64,000 nucleotides of DNA from an uncultured delta proteobacterium (GTDB taxonomy: Bacteria > Desulfobacterota > Binatia > UBA9968): assembly GCA_963840855.1 (NCBI GenBank), contig CAWJBB010000027.1:185969-249968 (forward strand). The letters run 5' to 3'. Below are positions 53,058 through 62,745 of this stretch, in pieces. The translations under genes were made by a program, and so were the position numbers. How positions within the stretch are numbered: position 1 is the stretch's first letter; each line of letters begins with the position of its first letter. The notes below the pieces were generated by a model that worked only from the letters and a program-made list of their open reading frames with translations, was not told where the DNA came from and ran no database searches.

Positions 53058-54055
53058 GAGAAGATTGGAGTGCTGGAGTGTTGAGACCACCGCTAAAGTT
53101 TGCCCTACTGTTTGTTTTCGTATTAATTACATATGGCAGCCGCACGGAGCTCGCCGCGGCCAAGTCCGTTAACTTCGCTTCCAATACTCCGACCTTGAGC
53201 GGGACATTGCCGCTCGTAGTAGCCCACGACTTTGGCTTCTTTGCCGCCGAAGGTTTGGAAGTAAAGACAGTGCTCATCCGAGGGGGACCTACGGCCATGG
53301 CCGCGCTGGTCGGCGGCGGCGTCGATTTTACTCTGGTGGCTGGAGTAGCGGCGGTTCGTGCCATCGCGCAAAACGCGCCGATGACCATCATCAGCGGAAT
53401 TCAACCTTACATGGACTACACGCTGATCGGCGCCAAAGGGATGACCAGCGTCAACGATCTCAAAGGCAAAATCGTCGGGGTCACCGGTCCCGGCGGCGTA
53501 GCCGAATTCGCCGCGGTGGAAGGTCTGGCCAAGAAAGGCTTGGTGCGCGACCGGGATTATAAGATTCTTTACGGCGTCGGCAACAGCCCGGCGCGCGCGC
53601 AAGCTTTGGAAACCGGAAAGATTCAGGCCTCGCCATTTTCATTTTTGGAAAGGTTGGAGCTTGAAAAGAAAGGTTTCCCGACTCTCTTCGACCTTGGCAG
53701 CGTCATGCCCGGATTTCCTTTCGTCGTGATTGCGTCGGGCAAACAGAAAATAGAAACCGATCCCGAAGGCGTAGTCGCGATATTGCGCGCGATCAACCGG
53801 GGACTGGATTTTCTCAAGAAGAACCGCGACAAAGTGGCCGAGAGCGTCATCAAAAAGAAGACCTTTGGCGATCCGCCAACGGTGCGGCAAGTGATCAACC
53901 AGTTCGCCGATCTTTATTCAATTTCAATCACCAGGGAAGATATCGAATCGCTCATCGCCGCCACGCGGATCGAAGCTGAGGCCAAGAAACTGGGCGGCGC
54001 GGAGAAATTTTTCACCCGGCAATTTTTAGTGAAGGCCAGCGGCCAGAGCCGGTAA
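53045..54055 (+). CDS. ABC substrate-binding protein (NMT1/SsuA type; start uncertain, possibly ~53078)
   Basis: GFFAAEGLEV, AALVGG.VD, DLKGK.VGV. Confidence 0.85.
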   Translation: MGAVREDWSAGVLRPPLKFALLFVFVLITYGSRTELAAAKSVNFASNTPTLSGTLPLVVAHDFGFFAAEGLEVKTVLIRGGPTAMAALVGGGVDFTLVAGVAAVRAIAQNAPMTIISGIQPYMDYTLIGAKGMTSVNDLKGKIVGVTGPGGVAEFAAVEGLAKKGLVRDRDYKILYGVGNSPARAQALETGKIQASPFSFLERLELEKKGFPTLFDLGSVMPGFPFVVIASGKQKIETDPEGVVAILRAINRGLDFLKKNRDKVAESVIKKKTFGDPPTVRQVINQFADLYSISITREDIESLIAATRIEAEAKKLGGAEKFFTRQFLVKASGQSR

Positions 54056-54067
54056 AAGGAGGGTTGA

Positions 54068-54128
54068 AGGTTTCGGGTGTCAGGGAAAGAGCTCGGAACC
54101 GAGAACTGAAACCTGACACCTGAAACCT
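54068..54128. repeat. Heptamer (CTGAMAC) inverted-repeat hairpin
   Basis: AGGTTTCGGGTGTCAGG ... CTGAAACCTGACACCTGAAACCT. Confidence 0.65.
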
Positions 54129-54183
54129 CATTCCCGAAAATTTGCGAAATCGACACCGACTGATTAGGCTGGAGGTATCATTC

Positions 54184-55131
54184 ATGGCAAATCCGTTAGA
54201 ACTGACTCTGTTGCTGGCCGACTATCACCGCACGCGGCCGCTTCTGAACGGTGAAGTCACTGCAAAAGGCATCAAGCTCAACCCCCGGCGTGCGGCGACC
54301 GGGGAAGCCTGCCTACGTCCGGTTTATGAAGAGTACGACATCGCCGAGATGTCGATGTCGTGGTACATGATGGCGCGCTGCCGCAGAGAGCCGGTGATCG
54401 CGCTGCCGATTTTTCCACTGCGCATGCAAATCCATCCATATATTTTCTGCTCCTCTGCATCGGGAATCGAGCGCCCCGAGGATCTTAAAGGCAAAAGGAT
54501 CGGAATGGATGAGTATCGCCTGACCGTGGGCTTATGGGCCAGAGGAATTCTTCAGGAGAACTACGGAGTGGGACCGGAAGAATGCGAGTGGTTCACATCG
54601 GCGCCCGAGGGGGCGGGATTTCAACCCCCCGCTGGCATTAGAATCACGGTATGTAACGAGCCCACCGAAGCGCTGCTGTTGCGCGGCGAGATCGATGCGC
54701 TGATCCCGCCCAACATCGTGCCGTCGTTTAGAGCGAAGGATCCGCGTATTCGCCGTGTCTTCAACGATCCACGCACCACCGTCAACGAGTATTTCCGCAA
54801 GACCAAAATTTTTCCAATCACGCACGCATTGGTCATGCGTCAATCGCTCTTCGACGAACATCCTTGGCTGGTCTCAAGCCTCTTGAACGCTTTCAACGAA
54901 GCGGAAGAGCTTTGCCGCAAGTCCTACGACTATGCCAAACGCTCGGCTTTTCCAAGCGCCGTTTTGATCATCGAAGAAGAAGAAGATCTATTCGGAGAAA
55001 ATCCCTGGGAGCACGGGCTGACAGCCGGTAATCGGCTCGTGCTGGAAAAGTTCGTGCAATACGCTTACGAGCAGGGCTATGTCCCCTACCGTCCCCAGCT
55101 CAGTGAATTGTTCGCCCCGGCGGGGAATTAG
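54184..55131 (+). CDS. 4,5-dihydroxyphthalate decarboxylase-like protein, copy 3 (divergent)
   Basis: DYHRTRPL, AEMSMSWY, ALPIFP, W.RGIL, IFPITH, YEQG. Confidence 0.78.
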   Translation: MANPLELTLLLADYHRTRPLLNGEVTAKGIKLNPRRAATGEACLRPVYEEYDIAEMSMSWYMMARCRREPVIALPIFPLRMQIHPYIFCSSASGIERPEDLKGKRIGMDEYRLTVGLWARGILQENYGVGPEECEWFTSAPEGAGFQPPAGIRITVCNEPTEALLLRGEIDALIPPNIVPSFRAKDPRIRRVFNDPRTTVNEYFRKTKIFPITHALVMRQSLFDEHPWLVSSLLNAFNEAEELCRKSYDYAKRSAFPSAVLIIEEEEDLFGENPWEHGLTAGNRLVLEKFVQYAYEQGYVPYRPQLSELFAPAGN

Positions 55132-55133
55132 GT

Positions 55134-56131
55134 TCACCTGGCGCGATACGGACTGCTAAAAAACCCACTCTGCTCGAGCTCTCGCACAAACTGCATGTCT
55201 ATCTGATCATCGACGGACAGTTGGCGAAGCGCCGGGTCGCTTTTCTCCATAAATGCTTTGATCACGGCGATGCCCGCTCGACTCGGGTACGGGATATTCG
55301 GCATGTAGCGCGGATAACTTTTCTGCGTCTCTTCGACCACCGCCACGTCATCGATCTTTAGCCGTTCTTTCATGACCTGCTTCACGGACGCGGTATCGTT
55401 CTTGAAAACCCAGATCGCCTCTGCGATCGCTCTGACGAAACCCCGAACGACTTCCGCATTTTGCTTGATGAATGCGCGTCGTGTAACAACCCCGGCCACC
55501 TGGTACTCCGGCACCAATTCGGCCACGTCCGCCAGTTCGCGGTAACCTTCTTGTCTCGCTCTTGCCAGAGTGGGCAACGACAGTGGTCCGGCAAAAATCC
55601 TTTTCGATTGCAATCCCGCCAAGATCGGCGGCACCCCTCCCATCTGTAAAATGGGCACGTCCGTCTCCGGCTTGAAGCCCCACTTGTCCAAAACGAGGCG
55701 CAAGAGCAAGTCAGTGGACGAGCCGTAACGGCTAACGCCCATGGGCTTGCCTTTCAGTTCCCGGTAATCTTTGATTTCAGGGCGCGCAATGATCGAAAAC
55801 GGCGGCTTGGTCACCAAACTCAAAATCATAACCGTGTCCCCGCCCTGCGTGTTTACTCGAAAAACCGGCTCGATGCCCTGGATGCCGATGGGCGTTGTGC
55901 CGCTGAGGAGAGACTGCATCGCCTGCGAGCCCGCCACGTAAATCAGCTCGACGTCAAGGTTGTTCTTGGCGAAGAGACCTTTGTCGAGAGCGATAAACGG
56001 CACGACCGCAGATCCGGAAATCGAGCTGTACGCCACGCGGAGGAGGTAAGGGACTTGGTGGCTGCATGACCTGGATCTGCCAGGTAGCAAACGGCCACGA
56101 TCAACCAAATCATCGGCACCCTGATTTTCAT
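55134..56131 (-). CDS. ABC substrate-binding protein (NMT1/SsuA type; frameshift near 56050)
   Basis: Signal MKIRVPMIWLIVAVC in one frame; LRVAYS, GLFAKNNLDVEL, LKGK.MGVSRYGSSTD. Confidence 0.85.
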
Positions 56132-56150
56132 CAAAGTATTCCCCATGTAT

Positions 56151-56219
56151 CGTTCCAATGGTTCCAATCGTTCTAAGTAGAGATCTTAGTTCCGCCCATT
56201 GAACCTTGAACTTTGAACC
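56151..56219. repeat. GTTCCAA / TTGAAC repeat hairpin
   Basis: CGTTCCAATGGTTCCAATCGTT ... TTGAACCTTGAACTTTGAACC. Confidence 0.6.
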
Positions 56220-56233
56220 GCGCGCGAAGCGCG

Positions 56234-57010
56234 CTATTTGTGAAACTCCTTCGTTCCCGCGTACGCCCGCGGATTTACCAGCGCGTGTTCTTCCTGCATC
56301 AGCCAGGCTATCTCCGCTGCCAACGGCACGCTGGCCGCTTCCATGGACGCATGAGCGGCCATCTTGCAGTATTTCAGCGTCGTTTTGTCGAACTTGCCGA
56401 TCTCCTCGCCCCATTTCCATGCTTCGTCTTGCAGCTGATCATGAGGCACCACGCGGTTGATCAGACCGGCTTGCATTGACCGCTGCGCATCCCAGTTTTT
56501 GCCCGTGAGAATCATCTCGAAGGCGAATTTGGTGGGGATCAACGTCTTGAACATCGTCGCGACGATCGGGTATGGGAGAAAACCTCGCATGATCTCCGGC
56601 AGACCGAACTGTGCCCGATCCGAGGCGATGGCAAGATCATGGGGCAGCAAGAGCGTGATACCGCCGCCGAGGCAGTAGCCGTTGACCACGGCAATCGTGA
56701 CTTTCGGAAACGTGCGAATTACTTCAGCGACGTGGTACGCGCGCGGTTGGCCGCGCCGGTCGGTGCCACGGTTCTGGCCGCCCTCGGTGGGAAACTCGGA
56801 CAAATCCCGTCCTGCGCAATAGGCAACGCCGCCCGCGCCCGTGGTTAGCACGACGGCAATGGAATCGTCCGTGCGCAACTCTTCAAACACGGCGAGGATT
56901 TCGCGGATGGTATCCCGGCTCAAGGCATTTCTTTTCTCCGGGCGGTTAATGGTGATCTTGGCCACCGCGCCCCGGGTTTCCAAAATCGTATATTTCCCTT
57001 CCTTGATCAT
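56234..57010 (-). CDS. Enoyl-CoA hydratase/isomerase family protein
   Basis: ITINRPEKRNA, YCAGRDL, NGYCLGGG, FGLPE. Confidence 0.92.
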   Translation of the reverse strand: MIKEGKYTILETRGAVAKITINRPEKRNALSRDTIREILAVFEELRTDDSIAVVLTTGAGGVAYCAGRDLSEFPTEGGQNRGTDRRGQPRAYHVAEVIRTFPKVTIAVVNGYCLGGGITLLLPHDLAIASDRAQFGLPEIMRGFLPYPIVATMFKTLIPTKFAFEMILTGKNWDAQRSMQAGLINRVVPHDQLQDEAWKWGEEIGKFDKTTLKYCKMAAHASMEAASVPLAAEIAWLMQEEHALVNPRAYAGTKEFHK

Positions 57011-57234
57011 GATGGATCCTTTCCGTTCGCGACCCAAAGATTCTAAACCTGGTACGCGCATAACATTGCGCATCGATTCGGTCAACGGTACGCGTGGGCT
57101 AGGTTTGCGTCAGGAATTTGAAGCCTCAAGTTCCCCAAAGCCGCGAACCGAGGCACGCGCGCGGCTGGCCGCTATTTGAACTTGAAAGCGCTTCGCCAAT
57201 CGTATATCCCCGTAGCCAATGGAGGTGATTTTAA

Positions 57235-58236
57235 ATGCGCTTGATCTTGGCATTGATACTGTTCATTCCAATTTGGCCCTTGGCGAACTGCGAAGCCCAG
57301 GACAGTCACACCGTCAAACTTATCGACGGCGCGAAAAAGGAAGGTTCCCTCATATGGTACACGTCCACCAGCGTCGAAGACATCAAGCGGATTTTCGATG
57401 CCTTTAACAAAAAGTATCCGTTCATCAAGACGGAGTTCTACAACGCCGGCTCAGCCAGAATTTTCAACCGCATCCTCAATGAGGCGCGCGTCGGCAAAGT
57501 TTTTTACGACGTCGTGGCCGTCAGAGGGGTCGAAACGCAGCAGTTGATCAATGGTGGGTTTCTCCAGCGTTACATTTCGCCGGAGGCTAGCGCCTACCCG
57601 CAAGGATTTAAGGACGCCAAGGGATATTGGGTGGACTATTTCGACGCTTACAATATTATCGCTTACAACACCAAGCTGGTGCCCAAGGATCAAGCGCCCA
57701 AAAGCTGGGAAGATCTGCTCGACCCCAAGTGGAAGAGCAAAATCAGCATGGATGAGGAAATGTATTCGTGGTACGCGGCCATCGCCGTGGCCTGGGGCAG
57801 GGAAAGGGCGCAGCGTTATATGAGGGCGCTGGCGAAACAGGATATCCAATTGCGCAACGGTCAGACGTTGATCGCGCAACTGATGGCAGCCGGCGAGTTT
57901 CACATGGGCGTGGCGTTGGCCCACAGAATAGAAAAAATGAAGGAAATGGGCGCACCGGTAGAATGGGTCACCACGCTTGATCCGGTTACGGTATCGTTGC
58001 ACCCTCTTGCCGTCGCCGCCAAGGCGCCCCATGCCAACAGCGCGAAACTGTTCATCGATTTCCTGCTTTCCAAGGAGGGTCAACAACTCGTGCTGGCCAT
58101 TGGACGCACACCTTCCCGGCCCGGAATAGACACCAAGATGCAAGCGAAGAATCTCAAGCTCTTTCCGATCCCGCCGGAGCTCGGCGAGCACTACAACCAA
58201 TACCAGAAAGAATTCCGCGAAATCTTTCGCCAATAG
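57235..58236 (+). CDS. Extracellular solute-binding protein (Fe3+/SBP_bac type)
   Basis: GAKKEG, YNTKLV, PKSWEDLLDPKWK, APHANSAKLFIDFLLSKEGQ. Confidence 0.9.
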   Translation: MRLILALILFIPIWPLANCEAQDSHTVKLIDGAKKEGSLIWYTSTSVEDIKRIFDAFNKKYPFIKTEFYNAGSARIFNRILNEARVGKVFYDVVAVRGVETQQLINGGFLQRYISPEASAYPQGFKDAKGYWVDYFDAYNIIAYNTKLVPKDQAPKSWEDLLDPKWKSKISMDEEMYSWYAAIAVAWGRERAQRYMRALAKQDIQLRNGQTLIAQLMAAGEFHMGVALAHRIEKMKEMGAPVEWVTTLDPVTVSLHPLAVAAKAPHANSAKLFIDFLLSKEGQQLVLAIGRTPSRPGIDTKMQAKNLKLFPIPPELGEHYNQYQKEFREIFRQ

Positions 58237-58337
58237 AAGCCGCTAGAAACACCCTGCAGAATATTCTATGACTGTTCGGATCGGCTATCCAGCCGTCCAT
58301 TCGCAAAAAGTCTAACGAGTACCACGGCGAGTCTGCG

Positions 58338-59318
58338 CTACAAACCTAGTTCCTTCTGCGCCTGCTTGAGATAACTCAGGTCAAGATATTTCTCCGGCGA
58401 CGGCAATGGGCCTTTGATGATGCCGTCCTGGGCTTGGACTTCGATGTTCACTTTTAGACCCGAGAGCGTCACATCGCCATTGACGGGATAGATCTTGTTC
58501 TTAATGTAATACTCGATACCGCGTCGCGCATAGGTCGGCTGCAAGCCGAATTCCTTGGTCATGAACTCCACCGCGTCGCCGGGGGAATCATGAATCCACC
58601 GCAACGCTTGAATGTGCGCCTTGAGGAATCGCACTACCGACGCGCGGTTTTTCTCAGACCAAGCCGGATTGACGTTGACATTGTTGAATTGATAGTTGGA
58701 AATCACTTCCGTGGTGTCGCCCAACTTCGGAAAGCCTTTGTCCATGGCGATGTCGCCGAATGGAATTCCCAACACCGCGCCCGCAATGGCGCCGCTCTCC
58801 AGCGCGCTCAAACGCGCGGGCGTACCGCCGGCGATGACGATCATGGAATAGTCTCGCGGGAAAATGAGTCCCTTGCTTTTGAGGTACGAGACTAGAATCG
58901 ATGTCGCCCCGCCCTGCAAACCGGCAACCCCCAATTTTTGACCCTTTAGATCCGCAACGGTCTTGATGTTCTTGGCGCCCATCAAGAAATACGGCGCGGC
59001 GTTACTGGTTCCCGCGGCAACTTTCAGATTGCCGTTAGTTCTCTCGTTCCACGCTATGATATTGTCGGCGTTGATGTTGGCGAAGTGAAGTTCTCCCGCC
59101 ACCAGCGCCTGGAGCTGGATATCGCTCCGGCCAATACTGACGAGATCCACTTGAATGCCTTCCTTGACATAGATCCCTTTCTTCTGAGCGATGAAATACG
59201 GAAGATAGTTGAGGTCCCTGGAGATGTAGCCGCTCTTCAATGTCTGAGCCGTGACGCCAATGGGCATCTGCCAGCAAAAAACCGCCCACAGAGCCGCGGC
59301 CCAAGCTTTCTTGATCAT
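58338..59318 (-). CDS. ABC substrate-binding protein (NMT1/SsuA type)
   Basis: Signal peptide; IAQKKG, QALVAGE, DLKGQKLGV. Confidence 0.88.
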   Translation of the reverse strand: MIKKAWAAALWAVFCWQMPIGVTAQTLKSGYISRDLNYLPYFIAQKKGIYVKEGIQVDLVSIGRSDIQLQALVAGELHFANINADNIIAWNERTNGNLKVAAGTSNAAPYFLMGAKNIKTVADLKGQKLGVAGLQGGATSILVSYLKSKGLIFPRDYSMIVIAGGTPARLSALESGAIAGAVLGIPFGDIAMDKGFPKLGDTTEVISNYQFNNVNVNPAWSEKNRASVVRFLKAHIQALRWIHDSPGDAVEFMTKEFGLQPTYARRGIEYYIKNKIYPVNGDVTLSGLKVNIEVQAQDGIIKGPLPSPEKYLDLSYLKQAQKELGL

Positions 59319-59397
59319 CGATAATGCTCCCTTCGGCGAGATCCATCGACGCAAACGGGTCACCATAAACCGATCGACGCGATCGTCTCGCGCTGCT

Positions 59398-60434
59398 TCA
59401 GGCTGGCTTCTCTAGAATATTTTTCATCCGCTGGACGACTTCCGGCGGCAAGGCGATCAGATCTTTGACCAGCCCTTCAAGCTCCGACGCCGCTGACAAA
59501 ATTGGGGTCGAGCCCTTTCTTCTGCGCCTCGGTGATGACGTCGGGATCATTCATTATCTTCGCAAACGCCTCGCGCATCAGTTTGACTCGGTCCGCGGGA
59601 ACTCCCGGTGGACCAAAGAAGGGGCGGCCCAGCTCGTCCGGAGAGAGGAGCACTTTGACCAGCTGCCTGGTCGCGTCTCCAATACTATGCTTGTCCATAA
59701 GTTCCCAGACCGTTGGAGTATCGGACAGCTGCGGATGACGCTTCTTTCCGCCTTGAGCAAGAACGCGGACGAAACCCGTCTTGGCCCAGGTGCGGCCCGG
59801 CTCGCTGCTGAAATAGGCCTGTACCGTGCCTCCCCAGCATTGCATTTCTCCCTTTTCGATGGCCAGATTGACATCTGACGAGCCCTGGTAACCGGACACA
59901 AAATTTAACTTGAATCCAACCATCTCGCCGAGCAACCGGGGCCAATAATAACTCGCGGTGCCGACCCCTGTTGTCCCGCACTTGGGCGGTTCTGCCGCCT
60001 TGCGTATATCCTCGATCGTTTTGTACGGCGTGTCTGCGCGAATATAAAAGATTCGCTCGGTTCTCTCGGGCGAACCAATCCAGCTAAATTTGGGCCAGTC
60101 AAACTGAACTTCTTTGCGTCCCGGCAAGCTGTTCGATGTAAAGCCCAGGCGTGACCACAGCAATGGTCAGACCGTCGGGCTTGGCGACCTTGTACACATA
60201 ATTCGCCGCGACCATGGAACCGCCACCGGTCATGTTTTGCACGACGAAGTTGGGGTTACCGGGAATATGTCTGCCCATGTGACGAGCGATCAGGCGGGCC
60301 CACAAATCATAGCTGCCCCCAGGTGAAAATCCGACGAGGATGCGCGCGGTTTTGCCTTCAAAAAACGACGTCTGGGCGGGAAGATCAAAACTCGCCGCCA
60401 ACAAAAAGAAAAGACAAAAAATGATTTTCTTCAT
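59398..60434 (-). CDS. Tripartite tricarboxylate transporter receptor (TctC/Bug), 2 frameshifts
   Basis: VGFSPGGSYD, GRHIPGNP, VQNMTGGGS, GRPFFGPPGVP; breaks near 60120 and 59490. Confidence 0.85.
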
Positions 60435-60474
60435 AGCGCTATCCTTGCCGCTAACTCCGCGTTAGCCCGCTGAC

Positions 60475-61530
60475 TCATTTTCCCAACAGCTTTTTCATCC
60501 GCTCGATGACCTCCGGGGGTTGAGTCATAAGCTCCTTGGCCAGGGCTTCCAATTCCTCGCCGCCGGTTGGTTCGATCTCCAGGTTGAATTTCTCGGCCTG
60601 AGCTAAGAGTTCAGGATCAGTTAGCGCCTTCATGAAAGCCTGGCGTAAAATTTTGACCCGGTCCATTGGAGTACCCGGCGGTCCTATGATCGGGCGGCCC
60701 ATGTCGCCGGAGGCCAAGACCAATTTGGCCAGGCGTCGAGACGACTCTGAGGTTTTGTATTCGATCATGAGGTCAGAAAGCGTCGGTACGTCGGGCAACC
60801 TCGGGTCTCGCCTCGATCCAGTCTGAACAAGGACCCGGACCATGCCGTTTTTACGCCAGCTGAGGTAAGGCTCGCGATTGCTCAAAAAAGCAGTCAGGGT
60901 AAAGGCGCGGCACTGGGCCTCACCTCTTTCCACGGCCAAGTCCATGTCGGGGCCACCCGGATAGCCAACCACGACATTGAATTTCGTGCCGATGGTTTCC
61001 TCCAGGAGCTTTGGCATGTAGTAAGCGATCGAGCCGGTGCCAGTGGCCGCGCACTTGGGGAGTTGAGCGGCCCCACGCACGTCATGCATGGTCTTGTAGG
61101 GAGTATCGGCCCGCATGACGAGCAGATTATTCGATCGATCGGTGCTCCCGATCCAAGCAAATTTGGCGTAGTCAAACTGAACCTCTTTGCGCCCCACGAG
61201 CTGATCGAAGTAAATAGCCGGGAGAATCGACAAGAGCGTCAAACCGTCGGGCGCAGCCAGACGATAGACATGATTGGCCGCGATCACGGACCCGGCGCCG
61301 CCCATATTCTGCACGATGACCTCGGGATTACCGGCAATATGCTTGCCCAGATAAGGAGCAATCAGGCGGCCGTACTGATCATAGTTAGATCCCGCGGGGC
61401 TGCCCACCACCAGTTTGATCGTCTTACCTTGATAGAAAAGAGTCTGTGCAAAGAGGCCAGAGCTCGACGCCAACAAAAAGAAAAGGCCAAAGAAAATTCT
61501 CTTCACAGCGCTCTCCTTTCCGTTAACCAA
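60475..61530 (-). CDS. Tripartite tricarboxylate transporter receptor (TctC/Bug)
   Basis: FYQGKTI..VG, KHIAGNP, QNMGGAGS, PDGLT, GRPIIGPPG. Confidence 0.9.
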   Translation of the reverse strand: MVNGKESAVKRIFFGLFFLLASSSGLFAQTLFYQGKTIKLVVGSPAGSNYDQYGRLIAPYLGKHIAGNPEVIVQNMGGAGSVIAANHVYRLAAPDGLTLLSILPAIYFDQLVGRKEVQFDYAKFAWIGSTDRSNNLLVMRADTPYKTMHDVRGAAQLPKCAATGTGSIAYYMPKLLEETIGTKFNVVVGYPGGPDMDLAVERGEAQCRAFTLTAFLSNREPYLSWRKNGMVRVLVQTGSRRDPRLPDVPTLSDLMIEYKTSESSRRLAKLVLASGDMGRPIIGPPGTPMDRVKILRQAFMKALTDPELLAQAEKFNLEIEPTGGEELEALAKELMTQPPEVIERMKKLLGK

Positions 61531-61680
61531 TGCGAAAATTGATTGCCAGTATTACTACGCAAATCGAGGAATGCCAAGGGCATCTGTCGAGCCCGGCGAA
61601 ATATATAGATCAGAGTTATTTGCGGGAGGCACTGAGAGAACTAGGCAGCGAGTAAACCGGTTCAGCTGCCTGTCCACAGG

Positions 61681-62715
61681 TCAACGCAGACCAAAATTTT
61701 CTCGAAACGATTTATGATGGCTTTCGATATTGCGAAACACCGCGTCCCAATTGGAATCCCAATAACGAATCCCTTTCAATTTCAATAAGTCGCCGGTCAG
61801 CTCGACGTCTGGACGGACGGGATAACGAAGCGCGACGGTTTGAATCGCTCTCTGGCCTTCCCGCGACAGAATGAAATCAATGAACAACTTACCGGCGGCG
61901 GGATGAGGAGCATTCTTTGCCAGGGCGATGGCGATCGGCGGACGATTATAACCTGGCTCCGCGACGACCCAGTCGAGCGGACACCCCTTTTGCCTGAGCC
62001 TTTCCGTGTGGTGGAAGTGAATGCCGATCATCATTGGAAATTCACCGGCGCATAACAGCTCGATGGCGAGACTCGGGTCTCTGCCGTAGCGCAGATCCTG
62101 CTGTGCCAGGCGGCGCATGAATTGAGTCGCTTTTTCTTTGCCCATGATTTCGAACATGGTCGCGTACCACTCGATATCATCCTCATTCAACCACAACTTT
62201 CCTTTCCACTTAGGTAATAGAAAGTCTTCGTGCGCGCGCGGCGCCTCCGCGCGCGCAACCTGACGGGTGCTAAAGGCAGTCACAAAACTGACCGTGTACG
62301 CGGCCGTCCAGTAGCCTTCCTTGTCCTTCAAGTTATTGCTGATGGCGACCCGTTCCGGAGATAAATAGGACGCCAGCGCGCCTTTCTGGGCAAGCAGCCA
62401 GGCTTGCAGTCCGCCGATCCCGCCGTAGACATCGGCATTAAACAGCCCTGCGCGCTGCTCTCTGAGAATCCTTTCGTAAACGGCCGTGGTTCCCTGCCGG
62501 TGATAGTTGGCTTTAATGGGAGGATATTTCTGGTTGAAGTGCTTGATCAGCGCGTGCATATGGTCGATCTGAGTCGTGCCATAAATCATCAGGCTGCCTT
62601 CTTTGGTCGCGGCTTTCACCAACTCATCCGACGCCCCGTTCGCGGTGGCGTCGTAAAGCAGCGCCACCGATCCCACCAATAACCATGACAACGTTTTTAC
62701 GATCGGGAGCAACAT
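61681..62715 (-). CDS. Extracellular solute-binding protein (Fe3+/SBP_bac type)
   Basis: AATKEG, DKEGYWT, PKWKG, APHPAAGKLFIDFILSREGQ. Confidence 0.88.
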   Translation of the reverse strand: MLLPIVKTLSWLLVGSVALLYDATANGASDELVKAATKEGSLMIYGTTQIDHMHALIKHFNQKYPPIKANYHRQGTTAVYERILREQRAGLFNADVYGGIGGLQAWLLAQKGALASYLSPERVAISNNLKDKEGYWTAAYTVSFVTAFSTRQVARAEAPRAHEDFLLPKWKGKLWLNEDDIEWYATMFEIMGKEKATQFMRRLAQQDLRYGRDPSLAIELLCAGEFPMMIGIHFHHTERLRQKGCPLDWVVAEPGYNRPPIAIALAKNAPHPAAGKLFIDFILSREGQRAIQTVALRYPVRPDVELTGDLLKLKGIRYWDSNWDAVFRNIESHHKSFRENFGLR

Positions 62716-62745
62716 CGCGCTATCTTTCCTCGCGCGGTTCGGGAC

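Noticed and set aside
6358-60434. About 14 frameshifted genes as evidence of genome decay or programmed frameshifting
   Set aside because: They affect core genes (tatC, pccB, BCCP) as single indels without accumulated stops, which is most consistent with long-read error; read mapping is needed.
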